Shown piece by piece: positions 1-12,807 of a stretch of DNA of 33,521 bases. The notes beneath the pieces were generated by a model. It was not told the origin of the DNA and ran no database searches. It saw only the letters and a program-made list of their open reading frames with translations. The position numbers and the translations under genes are program-made. The stretch spans positions 124,001 through 157,521 of the forward strand of contig JADIIX010000046.1 of assembly GCA_027604505.1 (NCBI GenBank). The letters run 5' to 3'. How positions within the stretch are numbered: position 1 is the stretch's first letter; each line of letters opens with the position of its first letter. This DNA comes from Gonapodya sp. JEL0774 (Eukaryota).

Positions 1-1143
1 CAACTCTGACGACAATGATTTCCAGCCAAAGCAATCTAAGCCAAGGTTGACTCCACCACCCAAGGCCAAAGATCGCTCAGGATTAGTCTGCGGGGGAGAG
101 GAAAACAAGGTGAGTGATTGCACTCCACCTCAAAAGGCAGGAGGGATCACAGGTTATGAGATGGGCGGAGATTCTATGGCAAAAAAAGTTGAAACAGAGG
201 GCATGAGTGGGACTCTCACCAATTGAGAGCTTTGATTCCCCGAGGAAGCGAATGCGAGTGGTGGTTCAGTCTGTTGGACATTCACACGCTTCCCATCACT
301 GGAGATTGCCTAATCCATGGAATTAATCTTGCACATCGTTTTATAATGGATCTGCATGGCACCTAACACTCCTTTTCTTCTATCCCATATGACCATTTGG
401 CATCTTGTTTCCACAAACCCTCCTGGTCCTCATTTCTTTCATCCAACCTCCACTGTCTCCTCACCCACAAACTGATTGTGGACACACTTGTAGAAGAAGC
501 CTTTTCAACGGTCCAAAGGGTTGGAGATTCCACCTCCGTTGGTGGAAGTTTCTTCGAATGATCAAGTTTCTCGCAAGAGAAATACAAGTGACAAAGACGT
601 GAGTCAACAGTCAATCCCTCTAACTTGAGGAATGAGAGAGGCAAGAGGAAATGACCTTCAGTTTCGCTTCCCGTGGTTGAAACAGGACTCCGAGACAATT
701 GATGCAAATGGCGAGAGACCAAGAAAAACTCTCAAAACAAAACCTTCCGAAGCCGTAAGTTTTTACTCTCCCTTTCTGTTTGAGGCTTGATTTCAGAGTT
801 GGAAATCTGACTTATCTTGACTATCATGTATCCTATCTTGGTTCTTTTGTCAATCCGAATTCCAACGCATATTTCGTGCTTCATTTTGCTCTCTCCTATA
901 TTCCAATATGTTTGTTTCAAGTCCAAGGTGAGAGACTGCACAAGTTGACCTCTGATTCTTGGGTTATTTTGAAATGAGAACTCCATACTGACAATCACAA
1001 TCACAACAACAAAGCTTCTTCAACCGAGCGTGAGAGATTTTTTCTTCAGAAAACCCAGCTCCACGGATCATGTAAGATATTTTCAGTTATGTTCAGGCGT
1101 ACGTGTGTCGTTCCCAGTTCTTATTTTTGGTCTCCACTACCAG

Positions 1144-3593
1144 CCACCGAATGCCCTGCGAGACGAAACCAAGAAGAACTCTTCTCATGACAAACCTCAA
1201 AAAGCTGGAGCAACAGAAACGGTACATGTATATCGTTGATCTATTATGGAATCAGGTTCAATGTTCATGTCATTCATGGGGCTTGATTCACCTTGGTAGG
1301 TTCAGCCACAAGTGTTGGATCCTTTGCCCGACCTATTCCGGGGGTGCCTCGATGCTGCCCTGTGCAAGATCAAAGCTCACACCTGTTCCAACTCCGCACA
1401 GGTTGAAAAGGTCAAGGTGGTAATGAACAGTCGGAACGTGAGAGCACCAGATTGAAACTAGTCGTCAGAGATGAATGTATCACTGATACTCTGTTCTGAT
1501 TCAGGAGGAAGAGTTGATGCATATCAAAGAAGCCAGCTTGAGGGGGGGGGACGTGAAGAGACAAATGGGATGGGGCGGAGACCCTTTGTCGACGACACAA
1601 GTCAACGGAGCATTTGCCAGAAACAAAGATTATCTCGGAGAGGTAAGAAGCAACAATGGACTCTCTATGTCAGTACCTACTCTTATCTAATTTTTCTCAT
1701 TACAAGGGGCCATTCCAGTTGGAGTCTGGCTCGTACACCAACCGAGTCGTGGCGGCCCTAGTTCATGCCATCAACAGGTCATCTGTCCAGGATATCCCGA
1801 TGTCGGATGCCATGGACGCAGTCCCCAACACTTGATCGGACTACATTGTGGCAGCAGCGCACTCGAAGGCCGCCGAGAAAAAGTTTGCCGAGCACAGCAA
1901 GAAAAGGTACATCAAGTGGCTGTCAAAGCACCTAAGTGAAGGTACCTTCAACGGTTTCATATGTTGCTTGAGGTGGGCCGTTACACATACCAGGCCTCGA
2001 TCCTCACCAACTGTAAGTGTCACTCTGCGCTTTGGTCTTGTCACATGTTCAATCTCAGTGTCAGGTGGGGCCCTCTCTCCATTGGATAGAGGACACCCAA
2101 TCCGATCAAGCGACGAGTTGTGTCTGTCTCTATATGTGCGAGATCTCAACCAGCCTGACACTTCAATAAATATTGGCAAGTACCTCACAACATGCTTCCA
2201 TGGGTAAGAACCCCAAGACCTCTGTGGTGGCAAAGGTGGCCTTCCAAGCAAGCCTAGATCGACTGGTCTTGTGAGCAGTACTCAATCTGTCTGCATTTGC
2301 ATGGTTAACAATCCCTTCCACTTCCCAACCAGGTTGACGCGATCACTGGTGATGCTCCAAGGCATCCCCACAATCGAATCCGACCTCCCACCTTGCGACA
2401 GTCTGCGAGTCCTTCTCCTTGGCGAATCCACACCTGAAGTTGTCCACGGCATTCGAGATTCTCTGGCAGGCACGCCGGACACATCAAAACACTTTACTTT
2501 GCAGAACCCGCAAAGTGAGGAAGAGCTTGATGCAGCCATTCGATGTCTTGAAGAAATCCCAAGTGCACGGCAATTCGTGGGATGGCACTCTTGACAATGG
2601 TCTTTTAGTCTACAAACTGAGTCACTATTCCCACATGGAAAATGCTGTGAGTGCTCAGTCATCTGGTGACTATGTTTCTAAATGTTGATTGATGTCCTCC
2701 AGCTACCCTGAATATTACAAACTCTCTGTGAAATAAGACCCCAGAAGAGCGCCAAGAGTGGGCCTCACGTGCCAGGACCACCTCCCACAACAGAGAAGTA
2801 GGGGTTCATGGCACAGTGAGTGTTTTGTGACTATTTTGCAACAGATTCTTAGCACAGAAAGTTCCACTCAAATCTGATCAAATGTATACCTTCTGCTTTA
2901 TGCACACCACCGGAATGAAGACCCCAGAAGAGCGCCAAGAGTGGTCCTCACGTGCGAGGATTGCCGCCTACAAGAGAGGAGTAGGCATTCATCGTGCAGT
3001 GAGTGTTCTGGGGCTACTTTGCGACAGATCCACTCAAATCCAATCAAATGTGTACCTTCTGCTTTACTCAGTCCACCTGAATCAAGACCCAAGAACAGCG
3101 CCAAGAGTGGACAATGCTTCGTAGCAAAGCTTTAGAGAAAAAGTTCACAGCCATGGTGAGTTCACACAATTTTCACATTTTCTTCTCCCCACATCAGTTT
3201 GAAATGACCTCCTCTTCATGCTATATTGTTATTTTTTTTTGCTACTAGACCGACAAGGAACAGAAAACACACGGGGCAAAATCTGAAAGACAGGTGACAT
3301 GCTTATGGTAAGCATTCTCAAAATCTCTGCCTTATGCTATTTATAAGTTGAATCTTCTGATGCCCCATGCAGCTTTCACTCTCAAAGAAAGCAAAGCGAG
3401 ATTTTTGAGTCTAATTAAAAGTGGTTAGATCAGACTCTTGAAGTCATGGAATAGGCTGGGCTACTTTGTGGTTTGCGACCGTCTATGCATTCCAGCATTG
3501 TGCTTCGTCAACCAAACAGCTTTTCTTCACTACGGGGCCAAGAAGTGCACGAGTAGTGGAAAGAAGCACACTTGCAGCTTGTTCACGGATTGA
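1144..3593 (+). pseudogene. Decayed multi-exon protein-coding gene of unknown family, with KTPEERQEW repeats and a C-terminal Cys/His-rich segment
   Basis: Phase-compatible GT-AG exons can be chained: 1144-1221, 1300-1437 (VQPQVLDPLPDLFRGCLDAALCK...), 1505-1642 (EEELMHIKEASL...YLGE), 1707-~2012 (GPFQLESGSYTNRVVAALVHAINR...) and further exons to ~3593 (VVCDRLCIPALC...HYGAKKC...KHTC). The chain is broken by in-frame TGA at 1833, 2272, 2592, 2729 and 3078, TAG at 3426, apparent frameshifts and a dead acceptor (CAC at 2903-2905). It may extend upstream into 1-1100. Confidence 0.55.
2735..3161 (+). repeat. Tandem triplication of an exon+intron module (periods 183 and 166 nt)
   Basis: AAGACCCCAGAAGAGCGCCAAGAGTGG at 2735 and 2918, and AAGACCCAAGAACAGCGCCAAGAGTGG at 3084. 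Each is followed by a GTGAGT donor (2816, 2999, 3156). Copies 1 and 2 also share intron sequence (TCCACTCAAATC..ATCAAATGT.TACCTTCTGCTTTA). Confidence 0.9.
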
Positions 3594-4569
3594 TTTCGTG
3601 AAATTATTCTAACAAACCGTGAATTCCGGGATTCTGATAATGCCACCCTGATTGGAGCTAGGAATGCAATTGAAATTCAAGAATACGGTGTTGATACAAA
3701 TTCATTTCATGATTGTTTCTGTTGTCATTCCCTGTGCTCTCCACGCCAGGTCAAGCCAAAGTAGTTTTGATAATTGTGCATGTGGATTACCAATTCAGTC
3801 TCTCAAATAAATGTATTTGACTTCGTTTGTTGACACCTCCTGTTTTACATAAATACCAATGAATATCATCGAAAGTCCACTTCCCACCCACTCTTTCATA
3901 CACCCCTCCCCCCCCCCCCCCCTCCCACAACTGCCCTGCCAGGCACTATGGTCACCAACATTTCCTCCGCCGGCCCCTGCACAATCCTCCTGTCTGTCCC
4001 TTCCCCGCCCCCTTTCTGTCCTTGATGTTCCGCTCATATTCCAACCACGCCCCCCCTTCTCCTCCCTCACCACGCCGACCCTCACAGGCGCTCCCTCAGG
4101 CCACCCACCCTACCCTCTGCACGAACCTGTGTCAAATCATTCACCGGTTACCTGTCCGCCTGCGCTATTGCTCCTGGTGCTTTACACCAGAACCCAAAGT
4201 GCAGATGCTATCGAGGCACCATTAGGAGTGTCTTCGAGATCTTCCGCGAACCGATAAATTCACCCCTTAATTTCTGTGGTGTCACGATGCCCGCCACACG
4301 ATCACGTGGCCCGCACGCAATCCAGCCTTATACACGGTGGATCCGGGGATGCGAATTCTTGTTGTGAGAACTATATGCAAGCCGCAGTTCTTCTGCACGC
4401 TCTCAATCGGTTCTCTGAGAGAAGACTCAGATGTCGAGAGATATGTATATGTAGTATATTGTACTCGCTGATGCATACCACCCCTCAGCTGTGATCACTC
4501 TTGATCACGGGTGGGCATTCACACCACGCTAAGTCCACTCCCCGTCCTGCACCTGTGTCGCCTGTCCGT

Positions 4570-5851
4570 TCACTTCGTCTTTCTCCAGCACACTGGATAA
4601 TATTCACTCTCCATCTCATCTCCATCCTTGAGACCCGGATCGTACCCGACAGGGAATCCCCACTCCCTCGTTTTATCCACGATGAACCGCACGTCATCAC
4701 CAATCCAACGGGTAGCCCAAGCGCGGCGCCGAAAAGACGAGTGTTGGTTTCCAGGGGACCCGTGGACAATCATAGCTTGGAAAACTGAGGGAGGCCGATC
4801 GCAACTTCTTGACTGGGAAGCGGGAGAGACGAGTATTACTCACCGAGCGCATCTCCCACTTCCATTCCAAACTTGAGAATTTCGGCAGTGCCCTGAGCAC
4901 GAATGGCTTCAATGTCAGGTAGACTTGGAAGAGTGACACCCGAATATCGTTGTCCCGTGCCGAACTTCTGGGGAGAGTGCGGGGGCCATCGATGGGAGCC
5001 TGCAACGTACTCCACTGACAAAATCAAAAACGTGAATACCGGAAGGATATGATGACACGTTGCTGTTCAGAATAAACGTTTCTTGTTCTAAACTCACAAC
5101 TCCCTGTTTCTCGGTCTATTGGGTCAAGTGGAACCCACACAGTCGACACTTGCCAGCCGCGGATCGCCCAATAAGGCTGATCTTGATGCCACGCTGTGAG
5201 AGGAGCCGTTTGGGGTTAGTCAGGACCGGTTCCAAAGTTGTGACAGGGTTGCACTTACGGGTAGTGTTCTCAGTACCTGGCTCTCGCATCTTGATGTGCA
5301 ATTGTTAATTAGAAAAGAAACCACGGAAGCTCGGAAATTGGAGATGGCACTCACAAATAATTGGTCGTACAAAAAGCGTGTTTTACTGGCGCCCATGATT
5401 TCCCCCGTAATTTCCGCACAGGGACCATTTCGAATGAAATCCAGGGCCTGCTTTCCGACGTTGCTCTGACGTCTCCACACGTCAAGCTCTCCTAGTGTCC
5501 AACAAATCACCACGACAACCACATTCAGCAAAAAGATCCATCAATCCCAAACGCAAGTTACTGTCATACCGTAAAAACGTCCAGGCTTATCCTTCGGAGT
5601 ATATTCAAAAGCTCGGCCGGGGCCCACTTCTTCCGTTGTCACGACAGCTCTGTCAACCATGGCCCTCATCTTTTCGATCCATTCAAGGGGGATAACCCCT
5701 CGGAGGCACACGACTCCATCTCGGTCATAAGCAGCCTGGATGTGAATCCATCGTCGAGGAAGAGTGGGAGAAGGTCAGAGTAAAATCAGAAAGGGAACTC
5801 AAGACCGAGAGAGAAGCACACTTTGTCCTCATTGGTTACGAGAACAGTCAT
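4570..5851 (-). CDS. Phytanoyl-CoA dioxygenase (PhyH) family Fe(II)/2-oxoglutarate dioxygenase, 7 exons
   Basis: Exons 5851-5822, 5735-5570, 5491-5355, 5289-5259, 5193-5098, 5014-4844 and 4784-4570 splice in frame with GT-AG ends. Product: MTVLVTNEDK-AAYDRDGVVCLRGVIPLEWIE...FLYDQLFMREPGTENTTPWHQDQPYW...VWVPLDPIDRETGSLEYVAGSHRW...GDALVFQAMIVHGSPGN...RRRAWATRWIGDD. It has the HxD...H iron triad and the 2OG-binding Arg typical of the family. Confidence 0.92.
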
Positions 5852-6216
5852 GATGGGAAGTTCCGAAGCTCTCGTGAATTCGACAAGCCTATCTTTGCCG
5901 TCTTTTATGGACCCCTGGTGGGTGACACCACACCGGACAAACAGTTGGTTGTGGCAATGCAACTCTAAAAATGTAAGGCGTGGTCTTCACATTTCCAATG
6001 TATTGTTCATGGGAGATGCAGCAGTGAAATCCAAAGGTTTTCTAATACATTAATTGTTTAGAGCTACTTCTCTAATGAGCTTCAAATTTCACGCGGATTG
6101 ACATCGGGTGAATTAGATGTTTGTTGGTTATATGTATCCGACCGCATCCGCCGACTTCGCGAACTTCTCCATTCTCGGGCAGATTTGAGACATTCCCCAA
6201 CCTGTCCTCTCAAAAC
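5852..6216. promoter_or_regulatory. Putative bidirectional promoter between the PhyH and MBOAT genes
   Basis: 365-nt, relatively AT-rich spacer between head-to-head start codons (5851 minus, 6217 plus). Inferred from geometry only. Confidence 0.5.
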
Positions 6217-7934
6217 ATGGGACCAGGGGGCTTCCTTTCATTGATCACCAGCCAAGTTACCAGCGTTTTACAGACAACTTCAAATGGTTCTTCGGTTTTG
6301 ACATGGGCAGACGCATTAGCTTCACTCCCATCCACCATCCCCATTCCATCCTTCACTCCCGTTTTGCTTGCGGTTTATTCTCCTGTTCTCTCCTCTCCCG
6401 GCTCCGAGTCTTCCGCTCCCCTGAATCTCTCCCACGTCCTTGCACCCCAAATTCTCATATGGTCACACATATTCATCTTGCATCAGGGACTTTTGCGATA
6501 CGCTAAAACGGTTCTTACCGATGACCCCAAGGGGAATCCCTCTTCTTCATTTCCGCGGCTCTCCCTCTCGATGTTCTGTATTGTCATCTGCCTGACGCTC
6601 CTTCTAGTCCCGACATTGCTGCCATTGCCCGACGATGTACTTGGAGTAAAAAAAGTGAGTGAATGTGCAATGTTGAGTCAGAACCTATGCAAACCTGGTG
6701 CTACAACCGGTGGCAGCTTGGTCCCACATTACGTTACATGAACGCAGCAATGGCGTTCATTGGGTCTGAGAAGATTCTGGAGTGGCTCTTGTATCGGTCC
6801 CGTGATGTTGCCTTGCTTCGACGTTTACTCCAAGAACCAGACACGGCTCCGTCAAGCTCACCCACTTCGCCGACCCGCTTACATGCACCGTATGCTTTCT
6901 TCATTGACTTTACAACCCTCAATCCTACTCCACCTGGTTCTTCCGACCAACAATTATTTGATCGAGATGAGGAAGTGTCATCCGTGCTCCCAACAGTGCC
7001 AAGCCTCAGTGTGCTAGGACATCGTGTATTGCAATTCCCGAAGAGCTTCTTCATATCTTTCCTTATCAATTACGTTGCGTACGATATCATCGAAAAAATT
7101 TTCCATTCTCTTCCACGTGCCACAATTCTCGCGCTTCCTCACTTGCCCCGACAATGTCTCTACTTTTTGTACGCGGTCGAAATTTACTTTCAGTTGGAGC
7201 TTCTTTTTGGATTCTGCTCTGCTTTTGCCGTCGTCCTTCTTGGTCAGCCACTCAGTCGTTGGTCCGAACCAATGTTTGATGCACCGTGGCAAGCAAAAGG
7301 GATTTCCGAATTCTGGGGCCGCAGGTGGCATTCAAGCTTCCGCCACCTTTGGGTAGAACTCGCTTACAAACCTGCAAAGAATGCCGTTTTCTGGATCTTG
7401 CGGTTTACGGAAGGAAACATTCAGTCGAATTCGAAACCTCTGGTAGCCTACCGCACATTATCATTTCTTCTTCGACCACTTCCTACATTGGCGGTGTTTG
7501 CAGCATCCGGATTCATGCATGAGGTCATGCTTGCAATAAGCAGCGGAGGTAAACCTCGAAGAGCAGGGCGACAAATGAGGTTCTTCCTCCTTCAAGGTGA
7601 GGATTGAATAATTGTAGCGTAACGCATCTTACAGACTCAAATATGTGGACAGGTGTTGGATCCATTCTGGAACGGGTTATTCTTGACTACGTTCCGGCGA
7701 TCAAGACACTTCTACGGCGATATCCAATCGCCGCCCGGGTTTACACCTGGGTTTGGCTATTTGCTACTGTCGACGGGTTTGCTAGCGTGTTTGTTGAGGT
7801 GAGAGGAAACAGGTTGTTGCGAAAGAGTCACAATTGACGCAGTTTTGGTCCCCTAGAATGAGCAGCATCTCGCCGTCCGGAATCCTTTCAGCGCGATCGC
7901 TTTTCTCACAACTGGGAAGTTTTATCACACTTAA
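6217..7934 (+). CDS. Membrane-bound O-acyltransferase, wax-synthase-like (MBOAT_2) family
   Basis: Exons approx. 6217-6654, 6717-7596, 7653-7798 and 7857-7934 (first acceptor uncertain). It has multiple hydrophobic segments and the signatures PMFDAPWQAKGISEFWGRRWHSSFR and FAASGFMHE (catalytic His). Confidence 0.88.
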
Positions 7935-8253
7935 TGCGTTGTACAGACTCAGGAGCCGACTGAACAAAAGTATTATTGTTGTATGTATTCTTAATTGTCC
8001 CTTTTCTCTTTAACATAGGACATCATACGTCCAACGACGAGAAACCTATGTCTTGTATTGTGTTTGCGTGAAATCCCTCAGCTAAATATATACGTATTTG
8101 TCTTGCGTGCACATCCTTCAAACAGTCGTGTACAGCGGCGAGTAGGGACAAACTCTCGGCCCCACTATTGCCGAACTTGTTCCCGGGAGCTGACGTTGTT
8201 CTTCTTCACCACCCCTTCACCACCCCCATTTAAATTTCTGTGATCACCTGGAG

Positions 8254-9491
8254 ATGTCTTCGCAGGTGGATCTTGGTCTTGAGGATATGACAGTGGAGGT
8301 TGATGGTTCCGTAGCAACCATTACTTTCCGACGTTCCAAAACGTACAATAGCTTTCGTACGTATTCATTTCATTTGAAGGGAAACCTAGTAAACGAAAGT
8401 ATCATGCTGATTCAATCTATTGAAAGGCCATCAAACTTGTGCGTGTCTTCGAGATCACGCTTTCCTCCCCGTCGCTCTAACAACCACCTCACCCATCTAC
8501 CACAGACGGAGAGCTGGCCAAAGCTTTGCGGTATTGCAACACCAATTCTGATGTTGTTTTCACTGTGATGACGGGAGAGGGCAAATTTTTCTCCAGTGGT
8601 CAAGACTTGAAGGATGCGACCTCAAGACCCCCTGCAAAAGGTGCAAAATGGTTTGGCAAAGCTTTCAAATGAACTCAACTCGAGCCTTATCTCCATGCGC
8701 AAACAGATCCACATTCCGCTCGAGAAGAAAGCATGCGGAGCTTGTCAACTGGTCCCGAAGCCGCGGCGATAGCGCTCGTTGATCATAAAAAGATTCTCAT
8801 TGCTGCATTGAATGGTCCCGTCATTGGCTGGCCTGCAGGTATGAGCTAGTTGCAAGCCGTTGTCTCGCTCTCTTGAGACCACTCATTGTTTGATTGATTT
8901 GTGTCGTAACGGGCACAGCCGCTATCTCTGTGGTGGATCTGATCATTGCATCAGACAATAGCTACGTTTATATGCCATTTATGAGTTTGGGCATATCTAT
9001 CGAGGCTGGAGGATCACTGGGCTGGCGGCTCCGCGCAGGCATTGGAATGGCAAATGATATGATACTGACCGGCAGACGAGCCACTGCACAAGAGTTGCTT
9101 GCGTTGGGTGGAATCCAGCGTGTCTTTCCGTCGGCGACGTTTGCAAAGGATGCCGCCGGATGGGTAAGAGAACTAGCAAAAAACAACCCTTGGAGTCAGT
9201 TGGAAGCCAAAAGAATTATCAGGGAGCCACTGAAGGCACAGTTTCATGCTGCAATTGCTTCGGAGCAAGAGTGAGTGTATGAGTGTGACTGTGATATCGC
9301 GGGCAATGAGAATCATGAGGTGAAACACTTTAGGTCCCAGATTGAGCGAGCAGGGATATCTTTTGGCGTCCCGAGTGGATTTTCGAAGCGCCAAGGTTCG
9401 TGCTGTCAGCGAGGACTTGCCGCATTCGCTGAGACTTCTTTTTGGCTTGTAAACAGCCGAACTTGCATCTGCCAAGAAGTCAAAGATGTAG
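8254..9491 (+). CDS. Peroxisomal crotonase-superfamily enzyme, delta3-delta2-enoyl-CoA isomerase (Eci1/ECI2)-like
   Basis: The spliced product contains VATITFRRSKTYNSF, VMTGEGKFFSSGQDL, KILIAALNGPVIG and MPFMSLGISIEAGGS. The last exon ends ...ELASAKKSKM-TAG (9489-9491), a PTS1-type SKM. Confidence 0.88.
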
Positions 9492-9687
9492 ACCGCATGC
9501 ACCACAAATACATGAGATACATATCCCTATCCGAATAGGTGGGGCCGGGCCAGGATACGAGCATAACATAATTACACGGGATGATCTCGTACACCACACT
9601 CACCGTGGTCACCCGTGCACAAATTCCGGCCATCTTCGCAAAAACAAGGTTGTACTCAGTAGCAGTGACGCAATACACACATGAAAG

Positions 9688-11356
<1,669 letters not shown>

Positions 11357-11560
11357 AAGTGATGGAGTAGTGGGAACTCAATGTGGAAACAAAAAAACAC
11401 TGCAAAATAGCTACCATTTCCTTGTTAATTGAAATAGAATGTACTGTGCTTGTGAAGAGAACCGTTATCCCACGATCCCCAGTCATAACGAGGTGTCACA
11501 TGTAATGAAAGGATTTGGTTCCACATTCTTTGCCTCTCCCTCCTTGAAATACGACAACCG

Positions 11561-12653
11561 ATGCCTGGGCCAACCCGCAAGAGATCACGGGGTAGCTCAA
11601 ACGTGGTGGCTCCCGAGGAGGTGATGGAAGTTGTCGAGCACGAATCACCGTCTCAAGATCCCAAACCTGTGGCTGCGTCGGTGCCCCCACCGAACTGGGA
11701 AAGAATGGTCGATATCGTCACGGAATTCCGCGAAACGCATAAAGCACCTGTTGACACAGTGGGGTGTGCGTGCCTTGCCGAATCAGCTCAAGACATTGGA
11801 GAGAAAGTGAGAGTTCTTGTGTCCAACTCCCTCCATGTCGTCCAAATTATTAATTACGCCTCACGCATTCCCCATTTTGCTGTTGTCTCTGTTAATTGCA
11901 AGGCTTACCGTTTTCAGACTCTTGTGTCTTTGATGCTGAGTTCCCAAACCAAAGATCCCATAACCGCTGCAGCGATGGTCTCGATTCAGAACCACATCCG
12001 CTCAACTCCTGCTGAAAATAGTTGCGAAGAAAAAGCTCCAGCGAAATATTTTTGTGCTCAAACTCTGTTGGCACTGACGGACAGTACCCTGGATTCATTA
12101 ATCGGCAAAGTTGGATTTCACAATCGGAAAACAAAATTTCTGAAACAAGTTGCTCAAATATGCACGGAACAACACGGTGGTGGTGGGTGTCACTGCAGGG
12201 TTTGCTGTAACAACATCCGCTTGGAGAGTAGAGCTCTGGTCCACCTCAGATGTGCCACCGTCGCTCCCATTCCTCCTGTCCTTGCCTGGCGTGGGGCCAA
12301 AAATGGCCCACCTATTTCTCCAATCTGCATATGGAATCTCTGAAGGAATTGGCGTGGACACACACGTGCACAGGATTGCAAATAGGTTTGGCTGGGTCAA
12401 CACCGAATCGCCTCCTGCAGGAAGTCCACGAAAAGGGGCGAAGAAACCTTTTGGCACTGGCCCAGAAGGGACGAGACGGGAGCTGGAATCGTGGCTTCCA
12501 AGAAGCCATTGGGCGACAATCAACCCGCTTCTGGTTGGGTTTGGACAAGTTCATTGCCTCCCCGTGAACCCACTTTGCGGGGAATGTCCGGTGAATGAAG
12601 CAGGACTTTGCCCGACTGGCAAGAAGAGCAAGATAAAAAAAGTAAAATACTAG
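11561..12653 (+). CDS. NTH1: Endonuclease III-like DNA glycosylase/AP lyase (NTH1/NTHL1)
   Basis: Exons approx. 11561-11806, 11903-~12182 and 12250-12653. Motifs: [17 protein letters not shown], Hh[24 protein letters not shown], and the 4Fe-4S motif C-x6-C-x2-C-x7-C ([19 protein letters not shown]). Confidence 0.95.
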
Positions 12654-12807
12654 CTGCGACTATTACAAGTTAAGTGGGTAATATGATCTCCTGCGATGCA
12701 GCGTATGTAGCGAATAAATCAATAAACATGCACGTGCCATCTTCACAATTAGGATAGTTGGGTCCCCCGCCAAGTAATCAGCAGCACCACTGCCGAAACC
12801 ACGCCGG

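Noticed and set aside
1..1100. Exon-like fragments with GTGAGT donors (e.g. at 110 and 598) and several TGA stops
   Set aside because: Probably more of the decayed locus, but I could not build a consistent exon chain, so it is not annotated.
2735..3110. Spaced ~27-nt direct repeats that superficially resemble a CRISPR array
   Set aside because: The spacers are homologous to each other, the periods are 166-183 nt, the repeats are in-frame coding with splice donors, the context is eukaryotic and no cas genes are present.
3520..3623. Two imperfect hairpins (CTTTTCTTCACTAC/GTAGTGGAAAGAAG and TTCACGGATTG/CAAACCGTGAA)
   Set aside because: They are short and imperfect, overlap the last putative exon of the relic gene, and match no ncRNA or transposon-end motif I recognise.
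3795..4500. Pro-rich ORF 3859-4257 and poly-C tract downstream of the PhyH gene
   Set aside because: Low complexity with no recognisable motif or convincing splice chain, so it cannot be supported as a gene.
5570..5735. Suspected frameshift in PhyH exon 2
   Set aside because: Base-by-base reading gives an uninterrupted frame (...TTEEVGPGRAFEYTPKDKPGRFY).
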